Assembly (NCBI GenBank): GCA_027031765.1
Contig: JALVPN010000165.1
Span: 7,993 to 71,992, forward strand
Direction: 5' to 3'
Origin: Promethearchaeota archaeon
GTDB taxonomy: Archaea > Asgardarchaeota > Thorarchaeia > Thorarchaeales > Thorarchaeaceae
Length of the DNA: 64,000 bases
Under the pieces are notes generated by a model that did not search any database, was not told where the DNA came from, and saw only the letters and a list, made by a program, of their open reading frames with translations. How positions within the stretch are numbered: the stretch's first letter is position 1; the number at the start of each line of letters is the position of its first letter. Shown piece by piece: positions 58,214-64,000 of the stretch. Made by a program: the position numbers and the translations under genes.

Positions 58214-59155
58214 TTAGACAATCTCATGAATGGACCTGAACTCGTCATTGCTTTTCCAGCCGAGGTTCAGTGGGACTTCTAGGTCTCTTCGCAGCCGCTC
58301 CACGTATCTCAAGTCTTGCTTTTCCGGTCTTCTGTCGAGGACAATCAACCACCGGTCGTATGGTTCGCGTCCGGGGTAGAAGTTGTACTCAAAGACCTGC
58401 CCCATCGCCTCACGGATTGAACGTGTGACGCTCAAGCCGTACACGACTTTGAGTTCTGCCATGTGTGTTGTGCTGTCAGTCCTGAAAGCAACATCAATGC
58501 GGTTGTGTTCTAACCGGATGTCCTCTGCTCCCCGCTCCACCAGCCAGTCATAGAGACTGTTTGCGAGTCTACGGTGCCTCGGCTCGATTATCTTCATCAG
58601 TGCTGGAGTCACTCTCGTATAGTCCGACTCTGAGAGGTACTCATGAGTTCTAGGTCTCAGTGAGAACAGGCGGTCAATGTCTGGAATCCTGTCTGCCTTC
58701 CTGAGCTTGAACCTGAACACGCGTTGCCTCTCGCCATTCGGCATTCTGCGGGATGACTCGAAGTCCCTCTCGATACCTGTGATCCGCCAGATACCTTCGA
58801 ACCTCCATGGGTCGCCCTTCCTCTCACCTTTGAACTTCACAAACAGGTACACTGGGAACTCTTGGTAGTCCACCATGATCCTGTTGCCATAGCTCAGTCT
58901 CTGGTGCCCTTTTTCCGGGAGCCCGTCGCCTATGTAGTAGAACTGGTCGCTTCCTGGCTCGTACTCGTCGTCGTACAGTGCCTTAGCAAGGTTCATCTTG
59001 ATGAGGATGGCCTCCGGACTGTCCCTTGGTGCCAGCACTATCCCCCGCTGGAAGTTGCCCCCTGGCCTAGGCTCATACCCTGCAGCCAGTGCCATCTCGC
59101 TGTAATCGTAGCGTTCGCCCTCAATGAAGCCTCTCAGTTCCAACTTGGCCATCAC
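58214..59155 (-). CDS. Putative restriction endonuclease (N-terminal recognition domain + C-terminal PD-(D/E)xK)
   Basis: The C-terminal 'RIDVAF...THMAELKVVYG' fits the D...ExK nuclease motif. It is divergently arranged with an adjacent DNA methyltransferase. Confidence 0.5.
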   Translation of the reverse strand: MMAKLELRGFIEGERYDYSEMALAAGYEPRPGGNFQRGIVLAPRDSPEAILIKMNLAKALYDDEYEPGSDQFYYIGDGLPEKGHQRLSYGNRIMVDYQEFPVYLFVKFKGERKGDPWRFEGIWRITGIERDFESSRRMPNGERQRVFRFKLRKADRIPDIDRLFSLRPRTHEYLSESDYTRVTPALMKIIEPRHRRLANSLYDWLVERGAEDIRLEHNRIDVAFRTDSTTHMAELKVVYGLSVTRSIREAMGQVFEYNFYPGREPYDRWLIVLDRRPEKQDLRYVERLRRDLEVPLNLGWKSNDEFRSIHEIV

Positions 59156-59392
59156 CCCTTCTATAACTACTAGTAATGTGCTGCTGTGATATGAATCAAT
59201 CCTTGATATCGTCCCCAGTGCGTTTCGATGAACACTGCATTAGTTTCGGTCTTGGTCGCAGTACAGTTCCCACAAGATGACCGACCATGCCGGCTGGGTC
59301 AGTCCGGCAAGTGCAGGGAGGTTTCACCGGGGCCCAGCACTGTCCTGTCGAGTGTGCTGACCCGTTAGGACGGTACCAACTGCAAGAGTGAA

Positions 59393-60421
59393 ATGCAGGT
59401 GGACTCCTCTTACACCCGGACAAAGCCCAATACTTGCAAAAGATGTGTGGATGAAATGGTTCCGGAGCCGCAGGAGAGGTCGAGACGACGGTACATCCCG
59501 CACCTTGCGGCGTCCCGTTTCCGGCCTACAGAGGACTGGACGCACAGTGAGGCGCGAGACGCATTCTTAGCTGCCCGGTTCGACATTGATGTGGACACCG
59601 TGCACTATGAGGACTGCATCGAGGGCATGGAGCGCCTGCCGGACGGGTGTATTGATGTTGTGATTGCTGACCCGCCGTTTGGGATTTCATTCAGCGGGAA
59701 AGAGTCCCTGTACAACCGGGACTCAGGGCTGGTCGTCGATGGCTACCATGAGGTCGAACGGGACTATGCCGAGTTCACGGTCGAGTGGGTCAGCAAGCTA
59801 CCCCGGCTCCTCAAGGAAACGGGTTCGGCATGGATATTCAGCGGATGGACGAACCTGCGTGATGTGCTCAATGCTGTTGCGTTGAGTGGCCTCACTACGG
59901 TCAACCACATCATCTGGAAGTATCAGTTCGGGGTGTTCACACGCCGGAAGTTCGTGACGAGCCACTATCACCTGCTCTTCCTTGTCAAGGATCCGAAGCG
60001 CTACTACTTCAACAAGATACAGCACTATCCCCTCGATGTCTGGGAGATAAAGCGGACATACATGCGCGGCCAGGTCAAGAACGGGACGAAACTGCCCGAG
60101 CAACTCGTGATGCGCTGCATAGACTTCACATCACGCCCGGGAGACCTGGTACTTGACCCGTTCATGGGCAATGGTACCACTGCTGTGGCATGCAAGGGCT
60201 CCTTCAGACATTTCATCGGGTTTGAGATTAACCCGAACATGAGGGGGATTATAGAGTCGAACCTCTCCCTGATTGGGCCTGGCGACCTGTACGTCCCATA
60301 CTCGGCACGGAGTGACCCCCTTGTTGACAGTGCTAAGAAGAAGTTCTTTGAACCGGAGGGCCCGCACCGGGACCGCAAGGGCGACCAGTCATCCATAGAA
60401 CACTGGACAGGCCCTGATTGA
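59393..60421 (+). CDS. DNA methyltransferase, beta-class (N4-C/N6-A family, PF01555-like)
   Basis: Motif IV 'VVIADPPFG' precedes motif I 'VLDPFMGNGTTAVA' (the beta permutation). The start is uncertain and may be an internal Met. Confidence 0.8.
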   Translation: MQVDSSYTRTKPNTCKRCVDEMVPEPQERSRRRYIPHLAASRFRPTEDWTHSEARDAFLAARFDIDVDTVHYEDCIEGMERLPDGCIDVVIADPPFGISFSGKESLYNRDSGLVVDGYHEVERDYAEFTVEWVSKLPRLLKETGSAWIFSGWTNLRDVLNAVALSGLTTVNHIIWKYQFGVFTRRKFVTSHYHLLFLVKDPKRYYFNKIQHYPLDVWEIKRTYMRGQVKNGTKLPEQLVMRCIDFTSRPGDLVLDPFMGNGTTAVACKGSFRHFIGFEINPNMRGIIESNLSLIGPGDLYVPYSARSDPLVDSAKKKFFEPEGPHRDRKGDQSSIEHWTGPD

Positions 60422-60749
60422 CACGGGCCCGGCACCACGGCCACACTACGGTACCACGTTGTTGTCTCTCAGTCCATGGTCGTCCGCCCGGATTGACAGG
60501 ACATGGCACTCGGGGTGACCTCTCACTCCCGACCCCACACAAGGCCTATTGCGTCACTGTGTGACGCCGCATAGTGGTCGCTGGGCATGGTCTCTTCTAA
60601 GGGTTGCACTGTCGAGTCCCTGACATCGCTGTAACCATCAGTGGCCCGCTCTCGGGTCGCCCCCCTGGATACCCGTGATTCTGGTACGGGGGAACAGGGC
60701 CCATCAATGGTTCTGCTCCCGAGTACCAACTGTGCTCTTGGTGTCTTTC

Positions 60750-61001
60750 CTACTCCCTGCGGCTCTTGGTCTGTTCGTAGGCCTCCCAGCTCTCGGCGGC
60801 GGTGGAGTGCCCACGTGACCTGAGCTCTGTAAGGACATGCTCGCGTATTGCTGGGCTCTCGATGACATCTTCCTTTCTGGCCTCGAGGGATGCAGCAATC
60901 TCGCGGGCAATCTCATATGGTGCACCAGCCCTTACGGCACTGACGACTATCTTCTCTGGCATGAAGGGCTCCATTGAGCCATTTCTTTTCTTTACCCGCA
61001 T
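60750..61001 (-). CDS. ATP-cone domain protein (stand-alone)
   Basis: 'MRVKKRNGSMEPFMPEKIVVSAVRAG...IAREIAASLEARKEDVIESPAIREHVLTELRSRG' follows the ATP-cone consensus (V.KR.G..E.F...KI). Confidence 0.55.
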   Translation of the reverse strand: MRVKKRNGSMEPFMPEKIVVSAVRAGAPYEIAREIAASLEARKEDVIESPAIREHVLTELRSRGHSTAAESWEAYEQTKSRRE

Positions 61002-61157
61002 GTCTGTTCACCTGTGAAATGAACGTGTTGTATTGGCCCAGAACCACTTAAGGGTTGGCCTTCCATGGTACGGTGAGGTCTCACTCCTACCAGGGTGTCC
61101 CTTGGCCCGCCTCCCGCAGTGTGGATTACTCCCAGCAGACCGGATGACGATGTGGGA

Positions 61158-61622
61158 CTAAATGGGCAGTGTGCGTACCTCTTTCATGCACTTGAACACT
61201 GCAATCGTCTTGGTTCTCCTGACGCCCTCCACATTCCTCAGCTTTCCAATCACGAAGGTCCCCACATCCTCTATGCTCTTGGTCTTCACCTTCAACAGCA
61301 GATCCCAGTCGCCAGCAATTATATAGACCTCGGTGACCTCGGGGAATGCTGCTATCCTCTCGGCAATCGCCTCTTGTGAGAACTCCACACCGCTGAGGTA
61401 CTCCACCGCGACCAGTATTATGGCAGTCGTTGGTAAGCCCAGCTTGTCGTGGTCGAGCGTAGCAATGTAGCCTGTTATCACACCGTCCCTCCTCATTCTC
61501 TTTATCTTGTCATACACCGTCGTTATTGGCATCCCCAGCCTCTTTGCAATGTGCTTGATTGGCTGTCTGCAGTCCTCCTGCAGGATTCTCAACAATGCTA
61601 GGTCGGCCTCGCTGAGCTTCAT
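61158..61622 (-). CDS. Lrp/AsnC-family transcriptional regulator
   Basis: 'LSEADLALLRILQEDCRQPIKHIAKRLGMPITTVYDKIKRMRRDGVI' HTH plus a C-terminal RAM domain. Confidence 0.85.
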   Translation of the reverse strand: MKLSEADLALLRILQEDCRQPIKHIAKRLGMPITTVYDKIKRMRRDGVITGYIATLDHDKLGLPTTAIILVAVEYLSGVEFSQEAIAERIAAFPEVTEVYIIAGDWDLLLKVKTKSIEDVGTFVIGKLRNVEGVRRTKTIAVFKCMKEVRTLPI

Positions 61623-61714
61623 GTGTCCGGAAGAATTACGGAATCGATATGAATCTTAGCATCTGTTATGGAACAATTACATATTATCCGTAGAATATTA
61701 CATGTGCGACCTGA

Positions 61715-62719
61715 GTGCCTGTGCTCTCGGTGTCTGAAATGTCACACGAGACAAGTGAGTTGGACTCCACAGTGCCCCCATTCCTGTCGGTCCGGACCGA
61801 GCGGTCGAGGGCAGTGCTCAGGGTCCAGGACAGGGTCATGGGCGCGGTCAGGAAGTTCTTTGAAGGTGTGAAGTTTTATGAGGTGCGGCCAGCAGTCATC
61901 GGGCCTGTGACAGACCCCGGGATCCGCGGGGCCGGGATTGCTTCGTTCGACTACTATGGTCATCGCTACGTGATCACGAGCAGTATGATCCTCTACAAAC
62001 AGATGCTCATTGCGGCTCTGGTCAGGGTGTTCATCTTCTCACCGTGTGTCCGTCTGGAGAAGGAACGGACAGACCGCCACCTGACAGAGTTCGTGCAGGT
62101 GGACGTTGAGGCAGCGCACCACTCCCGTGATGAGATAATGGACATAGCAGAGGCCCTCCTTGTGCATGTCATCAAGGATGTCCGGAGCAGCTGTCAGGAC
62201 GAGCTCCGCCTTCTCGGTCGTCGTCTCTCAGTACCAAGGACTCCTTTCAGGAAACTGACGTTCGATGATACGGCCGCCTTGGCCGAGGAGCTGGGCTACA
62301 GGGTCGAAGAGGGGACTGAACTACCGTTTGAGGCGGAGGTGGAGCTGTCGTCCCGCTTTGACGGCCCGTTCTGGGTCGTGGGCTATCCGACCAGTGCCCG
62401 GGGCTTCTACTACCGGCTCGACCCCAACAGTCCTGAGAGGCTGCTGGACTTTGACCTGATGTACCCCGAGGGCTTTGGTGAGGCGGCCTCCGGTGGTGAG
62501 CGTGAGTTCGAATATGACCGGGTCGTCAGGAGGTTGGCCGGTCAAGGCCTTGACAGCAGCCGGTTCAAGTGGTATCTCGACATGCTCAGGGTGGGGGTGC
62601 CACCATCTGCAGGGTTTGGTATTGGACTGGAGCGTCTGACAAGGTACATCTGTGGGCTCGACGACATTCGTGAGGCAACGCCGTTCCCCGCCGTACCCGG
62701 CACCACCCTGTACCCGTAG
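61715..62719 (+). CDS. Class II aaRS-like catalytic core without anticodon-binding domain (archaeal AsnA-type asparagine synthetase candidate)
   Basis: Class II motifs: 'VFIFSPCVRLE' (motif 2 region), 'GFGEAASGGEREFEYD', 'GFGIGLERLTRYI' (motif 3). The 334-aa protein lacks an N-terminal OB domain. Confidence 0.6.
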   Translation: MPVLSVSEMSHETSELDSTVPPFLSVRTERSRAVLRVQDRVMGAVRKFFEGVKFYEVRPAVIGPVTDPGIRGAGIASFDYYGHRYVITSSMILYKQMLIAALVRVFIFSPCVRLEKERTDRHLTEFVQVDVEAAHHSRDEIMDIAEALLVHVIKDVRSSCQDELRLLGRRLSVPRTPFRKLTFDDTAALAEELGYRVEEGTELPFEAEVELSSRFDGPFWVVGYPTSARGFYYRLDPNSPERLLDFDLMYPEGFGEAASGGEREFEYDRVVRRLAGQGLDSSRFKWYLDMLRVGVPPSAGFGIGLERLTRYICGLDDIREATPFPAVPGTTLYP

Positions 62720-62806
62720 TCGCCAGCCCTTCAGTCCCCGGTGCAGACTGCACCCTCGGCTGAGCACGGTACCCTTGACAGAGGGTATCTGGTACCGGGG
62801 CCCTTA

Positions 62807-63772
62807 TCATGACGCAGATGCTACCCCCCTAGGGGCTCCCAATGTCCCCTGTACGATCTGGTTGGCCATCTGCATTGCTGCCTGTTTCTCCATCGGATAT
62901 GCGAGGAAGTCCCTGAGATGTTCCTCGTCAAACGTTTCCGGCAGGGAGCCGAAGAATATGTGGTTGAGAAGCGGCGACAGTTCACCGCAGTCCTCTCCCC
63001 TCATATACATCACCGGTACCAGCGTCCGGAGTTCCCTGTGCATGCTCTCCACCCACCTCTTGATGGGCTGCGCTGCATCTACAAAGTGCTCCAGTATCAT
63101 GGTTGGGGAGCCGTACTTCTTGGCCTTCAGCTCGAACACGAAGAGGTCACTCCCGACTATTGATATTGCGTCCAGTTCGTAGAGCCTGGTGTAGCCGGTC
63201 TTCGTTTCTTGGAGCAGACAGAAGTTGTTCAGGATCTGGCCGGCTGTCCAGCACCTGCGCAGCCTGTTTATCATTGGTGCCTCGTAGATACACCTGGTAT
63301 TGGCAGCTACGTTGCTGGAGAGCACGTATCTCCTGTTGCCGTCCACATACGTGAAGTGCACGACCCCGGGCTCATCCCCGCGGAACTCGCATCTCCTGTT
63401 GCCGTCCACATACGTGAAGTGCACGACCCCGGGCTCATCCTCACGGGACTTGCCACGTTTCCGACGGCGACCCCTCTTACGAGCTGCCTTCTCGATGGCC
63501 TCGTGAAAATCCGTCAGCTCGGGGACTGGGTGCTGGTCGATTGCGGCCACAAGCATGTCTCTGAGTTCCCTTATGGGTGTTGGTTTCTGTGGCGAGTACA
63601 GCCGACTGTGGACTCTTCCAATGAACTCTGGAGTGAACTTGCTAGCTGGAACGCAGATACGCATATCCCCTTCTTCATATACTACCACATTGCCTGCTAG
63701 GAGCAGGTGCCCAAACCCGTGCTCTGCAAGCAGTGATATGACTCTTGCAGCCACGAACTGTAGGTTTGCCAT
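62807..63772 (-). CDS. Hypothetical protein with possible PD-(D/E)xK-like motif and an internal 21-aa tandem duplication
   Basis: 'GSDLFVFELKAK' (D...ExK-like). The duplicated 'DEPGVVHFTYVDGNRR' segment follows a basic stretch 'KRGRRRKRGK'. Confidence 0.4.
   Translation of the reverse strand: MANLQFVAARVISLLAEHGFGHLLLAGNVVVYEEGDMRICVPASKFTPEFIGRVHSRLYSPQKPTPIRELRDMLVAAIDQHPVPELTDFHEAIEKAARKRGRRRKRGKSREDEPGVVHFTYVDGNRRCEFRGDEPGVVHFTYVDGNRRYVLSSNVAANTRCIYEAPMINRLRRCWTAGQILNNFCLLQETKTGYTRLYELDAISIVGSDLFVFELKAKKYGSPTMILEHFVDAAQPIKRWVESMHRELRTLVPVMYMRGEDCGELSPLLNHIFFGSLPETFDEEHLRDFLAYPMEKQAAMQMANQIVQGTLGAPRGVASAS
63328..63453. repeat. 63-bp tandem direct repeat (2 copies) inside a coding region
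   Basis: 'atctcctgttgccgtccacatacgtgaagtgcacgaccccgggctcatcc' occurs at 63328 and again at 63391, with divergence only at the unit ends. Confidence 0.75.
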
Positions 63773-64000
63773 TTACTCCACCTCCAGTTCCACATCTCTA
63801 TGTCCTGCATCTGGACAAATAAGCGTTTCCTGAACGTCCTAGCAGAGCGTTGCAGGGCCGACCGACTGGTCTCTCTGTGCCCCGCCATGTGCGTCCAGAA
63901 TTGCCACTCCCGAGTCTACAGCAGCGTGACCTCTGGGTGGTTATTGCCCACGACACATTGGACCTACAGCTGCAACTACAGAGTGATGCCAGTTGTCGGA

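Larger units (their letters stand above)
42669..60450. other. Compositionally heterogeneous, lower-GC accessory/defence region
   Basis: Visibly AT-richer than the flanks, with long ORF-poor gaps. It carries the OLD nuclease, CPBP protease, Arch_ATPase, duplicated surface-protein cassette, fragmentary genes and an R-M gene pair. Confidence 0.5.

Noticed and set aside
1-64000. CRISPR arrays, rRNA genes, IS elements/integrases
   Set aside because: No regularly spaced direct repeats, rRNA-like conserved stretches, or transposase/integrase motifs were seen. The islands appear to lack an identifiable mobility gene.

Overview
This is a high-GC (about 60%) archaeal chromosomal segment. Archaeal markers include an archaeal-type ribosomal protein uS19, an Lrp/AsnC regulator, a membrane-anchored Hjc-like resolvase homologue, an Arch_ATPase/DUF234 ATPase, a TET/M42 aminopeptidase, an AsnRS-like AsnA, oligo-T terminators, and secreted glycoproteins with C-terminal TM anchors. 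Every call here is made by eye from motifs in the supplied six-frame translations; no similarity search was run. Roughly the first 42 kb is densely packed with transporters, TPR proteins, SAM-dependent methyltransferases, a GT4 glycosyltransferase with an adjacent heavily sequon-rich surface protein, a heterodimeric ABCB-type exporter, PadR and ArsR regulator modules, and a Ras-like small GTPase immediately followed by a 7-TM protein. From about 42.7 kb to 60.4 kb the composition becomes heterogeneous and lower in GC, and the content looks like an accessory or defence island. It holds an OLD-family (ABC ATPase + TOPRIM) nuclease. It holds a two-gene operon of a CPBP/Abi intramembrane protease and a beta-propeller(Reg_prop)-TM-AlbA_2/Schlafen-like membrane receptor. 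It holds an Arch_ATPase, a 2-kb ORF-poor degraded stretch, and a tandemly duplicated cassette of a transglutaminase-like protein plus a Thr-rich C-terminally anchored surface protein; the first copy of the transglutaminase gene is split by a G9 homopolymer frameshift. It also holds an OsmC gene interrupted by an in-frame TAG, a HerA-like ATPase fragment, a Mut7-C-like fragment and a divergent restriction-modification gene pair. No rRNA, convincing tRNA or CRISPR array was found.
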